This document shows positions 26,424-35,023 of a DNA stretch of 64,000 bases, piece by piece. A program made the translations under genes and the position numbers. Position 1 is the first letter of the stretch, and each line of letters opens with the position of its first letter. The notes below the pieces were generated by a model. That model was not told the DNA's origin. It ran no database searches and saw nothing but the letters and a program-made list of their open reading frames with translations. The stretch is from Candidatus Falkowbacteria bacterium RIFOXYA2_FULL_47_19 (GTDB lineage: Bacteria > Patescibacteriota > Patescibacteriia > Patescibacteriales > UBA12075), in NCBI GenBank assembly GCA_001780275.1, contig MFGB01000020.1, forward strand, positions 168,813 to 232,812. The letters are read 5' to 3'.

Positions 26424-26807
26424 TTATAGATCTTTGGTTTTTTCCGCCAGATAGCGGATCACGTTCATGAAGCCCTTTCCCGGAACGACCTTCGCGCCGT
26501 TATTGATCAGGACGATTTTTTTCTTGTATCCGAGCAGTTCGATCAGCATGAACGCGCCGCCCAGGTCGAAGTGCGAACCGGTCGAGGACGGATCGTACCA
26601 TATATGGATCTCGTCGCACGCGAGGATCGCATTCAGATTATCCCGGCAAATCCGGTCCCCGATCGGGTCCGTCTGATCGGTGTCGCGCGGCGGCCAGTGC
26701 GCTCGATAGCCTTTTTGCTCCAACCCATCGATATAATCATTTATTTTCGCCGACGTATCCTTGTCGGCGTCGCGGACCGGACAGATCACGAAGATTTTTT
26801 TCATCAA
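26424..26807 (-). CDS. nucleoside 2-deoxyribosyltransferase-like protein (tentative)
   Basis: KIFVICPVR N-terminus and STGSHFDLGGAF resemble the NDT-fold DSGTxFE(I/L)GxA region, with D in place of E. Its start overlaps the upstream gene's stop by 4 nt. Confidence 0.45.
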   Translation of the reverse strand: MMKKIFVICPVRDADKDTSAKINDYIDGLEQKGYRAHWPPRDTDQTDPIGDRICRDNLNAILACDEIHIWYDPSSTGSHFDLGGAFMLIELLGYKKKIVLINNGAKVVPGKGFMNVIRYLAEKTKDL

Positions 26808-28741
26808 ATACCCTCCTTAGTTGTCCGGCTTTCGTTTGCCGGATCCTTCCAGGCATCGTGAATTGTTTTCGCGATTTTCATTATGTGATAGTTGATCTGT
26901 TTTAATTGCGCGAACAGGTCTTTGTGGAGTTCGTCGGTTTCCCTTGATTCGATCCGGCCCTGTTTTAGCCTTGCCAGATGAAGATTCTGGAGGGCATTTT
27001 CCAGGTTTTTATATTCGATCCTTTTTTCCTCGAACACCTGGCTCGCCCGCTTTACCTCGAGGCCGTCAATGATGCCGATCATCCTTTTAAGCTGCTTGCA
27101 TATCTTGCTATGGAAAAGCATGAGCTCTTCCTTGCCCTCAAGGGAAAAGTCGAATCTGAGATCGCGCTTTTTTTCTTTCAGAAGTTTAGAGAGCATGATC
27201 CGGTGGATGATATCTCCGATCGCCTCGATCTCCTCGGCCGCGATGATCAGGGCCTGGGCCTTGACCGCGCTCGATTCGTCCTTCAATTCCTGCATAATTA
27301 TTTTAAGGAGGTATTCCTTCGTTTCCTGCTCCATTTCGTCAATGGCGTTTTCGCGTCTGGTTATTCCTTCTAAAAGCGTCCAGCCGGGATATTCCTCGTC
27401 TTCTTTGGGGATAGCTTTTATGAAGGCCTCCCTTTCTTCAAAAGAGAGGGCGAGGTCCCGGCGTATAAATTTTTCGTCCGATATGAAGGGGATAATGATG
27501 GCGGAAAGCATCCGATTGACGAGCTTAAGCATCTCTACGGTTCTTTTTCTTACCTGGTCCAGAGCGGTATCGGTCATGCTGTTCTTGATAAAACCCACAT
27601 CCAGCCCGGTATTGATGAGCTTTACCTCCTTTTCGTTCTCCCTGATCGGCAGGAGCCGATAGACGATCTTCGGGAAAAGAGGCGCCAGTTTTATGAAAGG
27701 CAGGAACGCCAAAGACATGATAACGTTGAAAATCGTATGCGCGGCCGCCGCCTGCTCTCCCGGAGAAAGAACCAGACGGATGCTAACAACCTCGGTCAGC
27801 CGGATGAATTGCGGAATGAAAAAGAAGAACAGGGCTACACCCGCCACCTTAAAGAGAACATGGGCCAAGGCGACGCGTTTGGCATCGCGTGAATATTTGA
27901 CGGAAGCGATGACGATCGGCAGGCAGCTGCCGATATTAGTTCCCAGGATAAAGGGGACGGCGGTCCCGAGAGTGATGAGACCGCTTGACGCCAGGACCAC
28001 TACCATGCCGGTCGTGGCGCTTGAAGACATAGTGGCCGCGGTCAAAGACGCGCCCAGAAGTATCCCGAGCGCCCAGCCGGTATAGGGCGTTTCGATGAGA
28101 TGAACGAAAGAATTAATATGGGCGTCATTTTGAAGCGGTTTCATGGCCGCGCTCATCGCTTCAATTCCGAGAAAAAGCGCGCCAAAACATATTAATGCCA
28201 TGCTCAGGTATTTTATCTTCGTTCCCCGGAAGGCCAGTATCAAAAACCCTAAGCCGATCGCTGCCCAGGGAAGGCCGGAGATTTTCATCGAAACCAGCCA
28301 GGCGGTTATCGTCGTGCCGATATCGGCACCCAGGATAACGCCAAGGGTCTGGACGAAAGTCATCATGCGCGCCTGCACGAACGATAAAAGGATTATGATC
28401 GTACCCGCCGACGTTTGGATTATGGCCGTAACCAGACCGCCGGCCAAAAGACCCTTGCCCGGGCTTGTCGTTATGGCCGACAAAACGGATCTCATGGATT
28501 CGCCGGCGCATTTTTGCAGACTTCGGCTCATGTATTCAAGTCCGGTCAGAAAAAGGGCCAGACCCCCGAAGAACATATTGAAAAGCACCAGTTTTTTCCA
28601 GACGTATTCCTGTCCATAGTAAAGTAGCGGAGAAAAAAGATTAAAAAGCACGAAGAATACCAGCAAGGAAGCCAGCGGTTCTTTGAATTTTATTCCGACA
28701 GACAGACACCTGTTCCCCATTACCGCAAAAAGTTTTTTCAT
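26804..28741 (-). CDS. Na+/phosphate cotransporter (NptA family) fused to a PhoU-like C-terminal domain
   Basis: Two Na_Pi_cotrans repeats (LGADIGTTITAW, LGTNIGSCLPIV); helical PhoU-like tail. Confidence 0.85.
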   Translation of the reverse strand: MKKLFAVMGNRCLSVGIKFKEPLASLLVFFVLFNLFSPLLYYGQEYVWKKLVLFNMFFGGLALFLTGLEYMSRSLQKCAGESMRSVLSAITTSPGKGLLAGGLVTAIIQTSAGTIIILLSFVQARMMTFVQTLGVILGADIGTTITAWLVSMKISGLPWAAIGLGFLILAFRGTKIKYLSMALICFGALFLGIEAMSAAMKPLQNDAHINSFVHLIETPYTGWALGILLGASLTAATMSSSATTGMVVVLASSGLITLGTAVPFILGTNIGSCLPIVIASVKYSRDAKRVALAHVLFKVAGVALFFFFIPQFIRLTEVVSIRLVLSPGEQAAAAHTIFNVIMSLAFLPFIKLAPLFPKIVYRLLPIRENEKEVKLINTGLDVGFIKNSMTDTALDQVRKRTVEMLKLVNRMLSAIIIPFISDEKFIRRDLALSFEEREAFIKAIPKEDEEYPGWTLLEGITRRENAIDEMEQETKEYLLKIIMQELKDESSAVKAQALIIAAEEIEAIGDIIHRIMLSKLLKEKKRDLRFDFSLEGKEELMLFHSKICKQLKRMIGIIDGLEVKRASQVFEEKRIEYKNLENALQNLHLARLKQGRIESRETDELHKDLFAQLKQINYHIMKIAKTIHDAWKDPANESRTTKEGI

Positions 28742-28867
28742 GTCCCCCCGCGTAAATTTATTTAATTTTCAAGGTCCGTTAATTTAACCTATTTTCCATG
28801 AATTTTCCCACAGTTAAGCGCGCAAGTCAATCAATTAGTCAACGATTCGCGTTTGTAATACTTTATA

Positions 28868-28896
28868 TTGACAATTTCCATAATATCAGCTAATAT
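28868..28896 (+). promoter_or_regulatory. promoter TTGACA-17-TAATAT
   Basis: Consensus -35 with 17-nt spacer, ~40 nt upstream of rpsP. Confidence 0.65.
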
Positions 28897-28934
28897 TCAA
28901 ATAAGCTTAATTATTAATAAAAATACGCATTTTT

Positions 28935-29315
28935 ATGCTAACTATAAGACTTTCAAGAATCGGAAAAAGGAAAAAGCCGATGTATCGCCTGATAATTTCA
29001 GAAAAATCCAGAGATCCGTATGGGCGTTCTTTGGAAATATTGGGTTCATACAATCCGTTCACTAAGGAATTACAGGCTCATAAAGAGCGGATAGAATATT
29101 GGTTAAGTAAAGGCTCGGGCATGTCTCCGACTGTTAATAATCTTTTGATAGATAAAGGATTAATAACGGGTGAAAAAGTTATAGCTTCTGGCTCCGGTAA
29201 AAAAGCGGCTGAAGCGGCCAGAGCGGCCGCCAAGGAGGCCTCTAAACCGGCTGCTGAAGTCAAAGCGGAGGATAAACCGGCAGAAAAAATAGAAAATACT
29301 GAAAATAAAAGCTAG
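28935..29315 (+). CDS. rpsP: 30S ribosomal protein S16 with Ala/Lys-rich C-terminal tail
   Basis: MLTIRLSRIGKRKKPMYRLIISEKSRDPYGRSLEILGSYNP. Confidence 0.95.
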   Translation: MLTIRLSRIGKRKKPMYRLIISEKSRDPYGRSLEILGSYNPFTKELQAHKERIEYWLSKGSGMSPTVNNLLIDKGLITGEKVIASGSGKKAAEAARAAAKEASKPAAEVKAEDKPAEKIENTENKS

Positions 29316-29350
29316 TGTTAAATAAAAAAATTGATATATTAAGTTTTTAT

Positions 29351-29379
29351 TTGACAAAATATATATATTGTGATATTAT
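29351..29379 (+). promoter_or_regulatory. promoter TTGACA-17-TATTAT
   Basis: Near-consensus, 36 nt after the rpsP stop and ~170 nt before the KH gene. A second element, TTAACG-17-(TG)TATTAT, lies at 29478-29506. Confidence 0.5.
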
Positions 29380-29547
29380 ATAAAGTATAGTCAAGCCGAT
29401 TCCTGAATTTAAGGACCGGCGACAGATTATATAAATAATCCGCCATTTTAATTAATAAGCGGGTTATGAATAATTAATTAACGAGGTCTTTCAAATTTGG
29501 TATTATAGAAAAATCTAGATTATCAATTTGGAAGAAATCGCAACCTT

Positions 29548-29880
29548 ATGGCTGCTGACAAAGCACAGGACCAGGATTTCCTGGAATTCGTAGTCAAATC
29601 CATCGTAGCCAATCCTAACGATGTCACTACGGAAAGAGTAGTAGATGAAAGAGGTGTTCTTTTATCGTTATCGATTAACCCGGCTGATATGGGTTATGTA
29701 ATCGGTCGCAGAGGTCAAACTGCGCAGGCCATACGCACTTTACTTAAAATCGTAGGTGCTAAAAACAACGCCCGGGTAAATTTAAAGATCAATGAACCCG
29801 AAGGATCACAAAGGCCGCCGCGTCGCGAACGCGCCACCGCTGAAGTCGATACTACCAGCGTTGACGACCTGAAGATTTAA
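29548..29880 (+). CDS. KH-domain RNA-binding protein (YlqC/UPF0109 family)
   Basis: [20 protein letters not shown] contains the GxxG KH motif. The position between rpsP and trmD is the conserved one. Confidence 0.85.
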   Translation: MAADKAQDQDFLEFVVKSIVANPNDVTTERVVDERGVLLSLSINPADMGYVIGRRGQTAQAIRTLLKIVGAKNNARVNLKINEPEGSQRPPRRERATAEVDTTSVDDLKI

Positions 29881-29977
29881 TATCAAACAAATCAAATATA
29901 TCAAAAACCACAGTTATGCTGTGGTTTTTGGTTTTTGTGGTATAATATATAAAGTGTTCCACAAGAAATATCAAGCT

Positions 29978-30640
29978 ATGACATTCCACATAATTACGAT
30001 TTTTCCCGGAATTTTCGATTCATATTTTAGCGAATCGATACTTAAACGGGCGCAAAAAAACAATTTGATCGGGATAAAAACATATGATCTGCGCGATTGG
30101 ACGAACGACAGGCACAGGACCGTCGATGACACCCCCTACGGCGGCGGAGCCGGAATGATCATGAAGACCGAACCGCTTTGTAGGGCCATAAAGGATATCG
30201 GGCGAAGCGTCCGGGGAGGGAAATTTAAAATCGTCCTTCTGTCCGCCAAGGGCAAAACCTGGAACCAGCGCCTGGCGCGGAAATACGCGAAATTACGGGA
30301 TGTCATACTGGTGTGCGGTCGTTATGAGGGCGTGGACGAGCGGGTAACGAAATTCATCGATGAAGAGATATCGATCGGGGATTACGTGCTTACCGGCGGA
30401 GAGATCCCGGCTATGGCCATAGTCGATTCCGTTGCTCGTTTGTTGCCCGGCGTTCTCGGGAACAAAGAAAGCGCGGAGAGGGAGTCGCATTCGGAGCCGG
30501 GTCTTTTAGAGTATCCGCAGTACACGCGGCCGGAAGTTTTCGAGGCGGAAGGGAAAAAATACCGGGTTCCGAAAGTGCTGTTGTCGGGCAATCACAAGAA
30601 GATAGAAGAATGGAGAGGGAAACACAGCAAAAAAACCTAA
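29978..30640 (+). CDS. trmD: tRNA (guanine37-N1)-methyltransferase
   Basis: [35 protein letters not shown] and GDYVLTGGE motifs. ATG at 29978 preferred as start. Confidence 0.93.
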   Translation: MTFHIITIFPGIFDSYFSESILKRAQKNNLIGIKTYDLRDWTNDRHRTVDDTPYGGGAGMIMKTEPLCRAIKDIGRSVRGGKFKIVLLSAKGKTWNQRLARKYAKLRDVILVCGRYEGVDERVTKFIDEEISIGDYVLTGGEIPAMAIVDSVARLLPGVLGNKESAERESHSEPGLLEYPQYTRPEVFEAEGKKYRVPKVLLSGNHKKIEEWRGKHSKKT

Positions 30641-30671
30641 AATATTTCATACGGAATTATAATCGAATCAT

Positions 30672-31379
30672 ATGTCCGAATTTAAAAATGTTTTTATTCA
30701 ACCGGAGAATGTCAACGCTACGATCTGGAAATTTCTGGATTTTACGAAATTCCTTTCTCTTTTAGAAACAAGATCTCTTTATTTCGCTCGTTCCGACATG
30801 CTTCCCGATCCGCATGAGGGAATTTACGGAAAGTTCGGAAAGATCCATCGGCCGGTCATAGGGAGCGCGGTCGATCCGGGGCGGCAGCGTCTATACGATA
30901 ATTATAAGAAGATTCGGGAGTCGGTTTTTTTGAACTGCTGGCACGAGAACGAGCATGAGTCGGCCGCTATGTGGGATCTTTACCTTAAGAGCAACGAAGG
31001 AATCGCCATCAGATCAACTTTCGGAAAGCTTATCGGTTGTTTCGAAAACGATCATCGGCCGGCAGTCCACATCGGGCGGGTTAGGTACCTTGATTATCAA
31101 AAAGAGAAATTACCGGATGATAACGAGCTCTACCCCTTCATGTATAAGAGAAAAAGCTTCGCGCATGAAAATGAGATCCGGGCGCTTATTTACGACGAAA
31201 AAGAAGCGGAGAAAAGCGGCATCTTCATTCCGGTAGATGTTACCCGTCTGATCGAAAAGATCTACGTGGCCCCGACCGCCGAAAGCTGGATACACGATCT
31301 TGTGGTGTCGTTGACTAAAAAATATGAACTGAACATCGAGGTCATCAAGTCAAGGCTTTTCGACGACCCGGTGTTTTAG
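30672..31379 (+). CDS. DUF2971-like protein
   Basis: IWKFLDFTKFLSLLETRSLYFARSDMLPDPHEG matches the characteristic DUF2971 N-terminal pattern. Confidence 0.5.
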   Translation: MSEFKNVFIQPENVNATIWKFLDFTKFLSLLETRSLYFARSDMLPDPHEGIYGKFGKIHRPVIGSAVDPGRQRLYDNYKKIRESVFLNCWHENEHESAAMWDLYLKSNEGIAIRSTFGKLIGCFENDHRPAVHIGRVRYLDYQKEKLPDDNELYPFMYKRKSFAHENEIRALIYDEKEAEKSGIFIPVDVTRLIEKIYVAPTAESWIHDLVVSLTKKYELNIEVIKSRLFDDPVF

Positions 31380-31446
31380 GGCGAAATGGTCGGTCCCAGG
31401 GATCGCCAAAACTTAAAACCTGAAAGCTAACAGCTTAAAGCTCATT

Positions 31447-32667
31447 ATGGACAAACATTATCACCATCTTCATTTGGCCCGTCATTTGCATTTTAGCCCC
31501 TGGCTCAAAGACGAATATAACGACCTGGTCATAGCCGATACTTTGCGTCACCTGGCCCTGGCCATGATATCGTTGTTCATACCGATCTTTCTTCTGAAGA
31601 TCGGAATAACGATTAAGGCGGTGGTTTTCCTGGAGTTGGCCATGTGCATCGCGTCGATCGCCATGCATTATTTCGCCATCAGGTATATTCCGGCCTGGGG
31701 AGTTAAAAGGACGCTCGTCATAAGCTATATCCTTAACATAGTCCTTTACCTGCTCTTATACCAGGCCGCTTCCATTTTCCTTCATGTTGATCGGACGGCT
31801 TATCTTGTTGTTATTGCCGTTTTCAACGTCTCGGCCACCGTAATTTACTGGACGGCGCATCATGTCTATTTTTTCAAGACTACGACAGCGGCCAATTCCG
31901 GAATAAGGGCGGGTTTCATAAATGGCGTACCGGTCTTAGCCGGGATAATGAGCCCCTTTTTAGGCGCTTTACTTATCGATGAATACGGCTTTAAAGCCAT
32001 GTTCCTTGCAAGCTCTGCCCTGCTTTTGGCCGCGGCCGGAGCCTTGCTGTTTTCGCGCGATATCGCGGTCGGGAAATCGAATATGCGCCTCTGCCGGATA
32101 TTGGATTTTGAGCACGCGGGCAAGAACCTGATCTATTTCATCGAGGGCATCGGCTTCCACGCCATTTCTTTTTTTTGGCCGATACTTTTGTTCCTGTCGG
32201 ATATTAAGTTGACCTCGATCGGACTTTTATACCTGTTCTCAAATCTGGCCTTCAGTATTATCGGGTATTATAGCGGCAAATTCACTGACCGCGCCGGCAA
32301 CCGGAGGATGATCGCTATCGGTTCGCTCGGACATGGATCATCGGTCATAATGCGGGCCTTGGCTCCGACCGTCGTGGCTATGACGCTCTGGCAGACGATG
32401 GGTGGAATTTTCGGCAGCATTCTCCATGTCCCGCTCGAAGCCGGATTTTATAAGTTTAGCTCCCGCGACGATTATTATAACGCCATCATGAACAGGGAAT
32501 TATACATGTTCGCGGGAAGGATCTTCGTGGTCATATTTTTTCTTCTGGTTTTATCATTTACCGACACTGTACCGTCCGCGGCCATGATAATCACCATGGT
32601 TGCCGCGGGCGTAGCTACGTTCATACTAAGTTTTTCCGCCAGATACGACCGATCTATAGTTTCATGA
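31447..32667 (+). CDS. MFS-type transporter
   Basis: About 12 hydrophobic helices in a 6+6 arrangement. GKFTDRAGNRRM loop resembles the MFS D-R-x-G-R-R motif. Confidence 0.75.
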   Translation: MDKHYHHLHLARHLHFSPWLKDEYNDLVIADTLRHLALAMISLFIPIFLLKIGITIKAVVFLELAMCIASIAMHYFAIRYIPAWGVKRTLVISYILNIVLYLLLYQAASIFLHVDRTAYLVVIAVFNVSATVIYWTAHHVYFFKTTTAANSGIRAGFINGVPVLAGIMSPFLGALLIDEYGFKAMFLASSALLLAAAGALLFSRDIAVGKSNMRLCRILDFEHAGKNLIYFIEGIGFHAISFFWPILLFLSDIKLTSIGLLYLFSNLAFSIIGYYSGKFTDRAGNRRMIAIGSLGHGSSVIMRALAPTVVAMTLWQTMGGIFGSILHVPLEAGFYKFSSRDDYYNAIMNRELYMFAGRIFVVIFFLLVLSFTDTVPSAAMIITMVAAGVATFILSFSARYDRSIVS

Positions 32668-32688
32668 CCGGTCTAAGGCGCGGTTTTT

Positions 32689-33147
32689 ATGCCAAAAGCC
32701 CTGAAAAAATCAATAAAAATATTCCTCTTTCTTTTGCTTACCGGAGCGCTCATGTATAGATTTTTTTTCTATTATGATCCGGATAACCAATGCCTGATCA
32801 GGCTGAAGCCCTCCTTAACCGAATGGTCGAACGGCAACGTTAAAGAAGGCATAAAGGTGCTTAAGTATGCCGTTCCCGATGAATACGAAAAGCTGTGCGC
32901 TTACGTCGACAAGATCAATCCAAACTATTCCTGCGGCGGTTTGGGCGGAGGCTGTTATATATCGGGAAAAGCGCCAACCCGGGAAATAGATATCAGCACC
33001 GCTTATGACGGTTTTTTAGGCTGGACCGCGGCGGTTATCGCCCACGAAACCTGCCACGCCGTCCAACACGAAGAGGGCCGCCCCTTTAACGAAACAGAAT
33101 GCTACGGGATAGGCAATTACGTGCTCTATAGCGCGGTAGTTTATTGA
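32689..33147 (+). CDS. membrane-anchored small protein with HExxH motif (paralog A)
   Basis: N-terminal TM helix, conserved Cys residues, AAVIAHETCHAVQHEEG. Confidence 0.55.
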   Translation: MPKALKKSIKIFLFLLLTGALMYRFFFYYDPDNQCLIRLKPSLTEWSNGNVKEGIKVLKYAVPDEYEKLCAYVDKINPNYSCGGLGGGCYISGKAPTREIDISTAYDGFLGWTAAVIAHETCHAVQHEEGRPFNETECYGIGNYVLYSAVVY

Positions 33148-33150
33148 CTT

Positions 33151-33600
33151 ATGTATATAAAAACACTTTTTACGCTTTTTTTTCTTTTTCTCATCTTTAT
33201 GGCCGGAATTTACATGACGATAAACATCGTCAATTATTTTGATCCGTTCGGCGGGTGTTATTTGAATATCGACGGCGACATCGTGAGCGGCAACAAGGAG
33301 ACGATAAAGGCCGCGATCAGATATTTAGGAAAGACCGACCGTACTGCTTATCGTAATCTATGCACGGTTGTCGACCGCGTGAGCGAAAAAAATTGCATAA
33401 TAGCCGACCAAAGGATCGATTCGAAAGGTTTTATCGAGGGCTTGAACCTGGACGGTTGCTACGTCAAGGGCACCCGGACGATCTATCTTAGGCCGGACAA
33501 GAGCGATTCTCCGGACGTGATCGAGGGCCGGGCTCGGACGATAAAGCATTATACGGAAGCAGTCGCTCGATTTTGGGAAGAATACAACAGTAAACAATAA
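33151..33600 (+). CDS. membrane-anchored small protein (paralog B, no HExxH)
   Basis: Same architecture and similar core (C.L......SGN.E.IK.A...L......Y..LC..VD.I) as 32689..33147. Starts 3 nt after it. Confidence 0.55.
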   Translation: MYIKTLFTLFFLFLIFMAGIYMTINIVNYFDPFGGCYLNIDGDIVSGNKETIKAAIRYLGKTDRTAYRNLCTVVDRVSEKNCIIADQRIDSKGFIEGLNLDGCYVKGTRTIYLRPDKSDSPDVIEGRARTIKHYTEAVARFWEEYNSKQ

Positions 33601-33623
33601 GATTGAAGATATTTTTTTTGGAC

Positions 33624-33654
33624 AAAAAAATACCGCCGGCTTTATCGGCGGTAT
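33624..33654. terminator. hairpin terminator (strong on the minus strand)
   Basis: ATACCGCCG-gctttat-CGGCGGTAT 9-bp stem. The A7 run on the plus strand gives U7 on the minus strand. Confidence 0.8.
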
Positions 33655-33676
33655 TGTTAGTATATGAACAGTCCGT

Positions 33677-34819
33677 TTAGTCTCCCATTTCCAGTTTTCT
33701 GATGTCCTTATTGCTTATTCCCAGTCCTAAATTTCGCATAACAGTGAAAGCCTCGGCAGGGCTTCCCAGATAATAAGCCAGACGGTCTTCGGGGTTAATA
33801 TAGTAGGCGCGGCCGAGATCATCGACGTCAATAAGTATCTTTCCGAGCACGTGGTCGGGGTAGGAGGCGACATGAGCGGTCAGAAAGTCGTGAGTGGCGC
33901 CCAATCCCAGGGAGCGCATGACCGTGAAAGCCCTGGCGGGAGAATGGAGAAAATAGCGTTTTCGGCCGCCGTGATCCACGTACCAGGCTTCGCCATTTTC
34001 CTCGACCTGCAGAAGAATGCGTCCGCGGAGGCGCTCCGCCAGGCCGCCGTCCGGTCGGAGAAGGGCGGCTTTTTCCCTTGCTATAGTATCGAAGTACGCG
34101 GTCTCGTCTTCAAACGAGGCCGCTATACCCTTGACCGTGACCGCTTCGGAGCAGGCGGTTTTTGTTTTGTTCCATTCCCATCCAGCCGCACAGTTACAAA
34201 GATATCCGCCGTCCGCGTCCAGACCATAAAAAATACTGTTATCGCCGAATTCGCCGCGGCAGGCGTCATCCCGGTCGAGACAGCGTCCAAAAAGAAAGCC
34301 GCCGTCAGAATCCCGGTAAGGACTGTAATAAATATAGTTATCGGGACAGGCGGTTTGGACGCAGAGGCTTTTATCGTTATTCCAGCCATAGCCATTTCGG
34401 CAGCCGCAGGTATAATTATTCTCTTCTTCAAACTCGAGATAATAGCTGTTTTCACCGAAACGCTCCCGGCAGCCGCGATCAGGCGTTACGCATCGTCCGA
34501 CCGAAAAAACCAACCCTTCCCGACAATTCGGTTCGGGTAGGGCGATCTTTTTAAGGCAATATTCAGCCTCAAAGAGGCAAGCTTCCACGGCGAACGGATT
34601 ATTCAGGTTTTCGCCGGAACAGCTGAAACAGCGATAAAATTCGATTTCGCCATATTGTTCAATCAATTCGTTTCGTTTTAAGGCGTTTTGAGCGCGCTCT
34701 TTCCGGTTAATCGACAGGAATTCAGTGTTTTCCGCCGCCAGACAAACGGAAAAAAATCCGAACAGGACGTATCCGGCCGAAAAAATGAAAATAAATTTTT
34801 TAAAACCGAAAGAAAACAT
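33677..34819 (-). CDS. secreted Cys-rich repeat protein
   Basis: Signal peptide. Two C(R)E.FG.NS.Y....(Y).C.C..G(W/Y).WN....C modules. Two C-terminal ~45-aa repeats (GEAWYVDHGGRKRYFL.SPA.AFTVMRSLGLG / GRAYYINPEDRLAYYLGSPAEAFTVMRNLGLG). Confidence 0.7.
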   Translation of the reverse strand: MFSFGFKKFIFIFSAGYVLFGFFSVCLAAENTEFLSINRKERAQNALKRNELIEQYGEIEFYRCFSCSGENLNNPFAVEACLFEAEYCLKKIALPEPNCREGLVFSVGRCVTPDRGCRERFGENSYYLEFEEENNYTCGCRNGYGWNNDKSLCVQTACPDNYIYYSPYRDSDGGFLFGRCLDRDDACRGEFGDNSIFYGLDADGGYLCNCAAGWEWNKTKTACSEAVTVKGIAASFEDETAYFDTIAREKAALLRPDGGLAERLRGRILLQVEENGEAWYVDHGGRKRYFLHSPARAFTVMRSLGLGATHDFLTAHVASYPDHVLGKILIDVDDLGRAYYINPEDRLAYYLGSPAEAFTVMRNLGLGISNKDIRKLEMGD

Positions 34820-35023
34820 GGTTTTAGGTAAGAATCAAAGATTATCCACAGTCATAGTTATTTTACCACATTTGACCGGGGTTATTAAGGTGATTTATTA
34901 CCTGATTGTAAGATTTGGCTGGAAAAATAAAAGGACTTTATGTTTTCTTTATATTTTTTTTATCTTTTCTTCATCGCCGTTATGATATAATCAAATTAAT
35001 TTTGCAAATAACCCTAAGTTTTT

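Noticed and set aside
28935-30640. rpsP-KH-trmD cluster lacking rimM and rplS as a possible rearrangement
   Set aside because: Partial versions of this cluster are common in small genomes. There is nothing in the sequence (no scars, no pseudogene fragments) to suggest a recent event.
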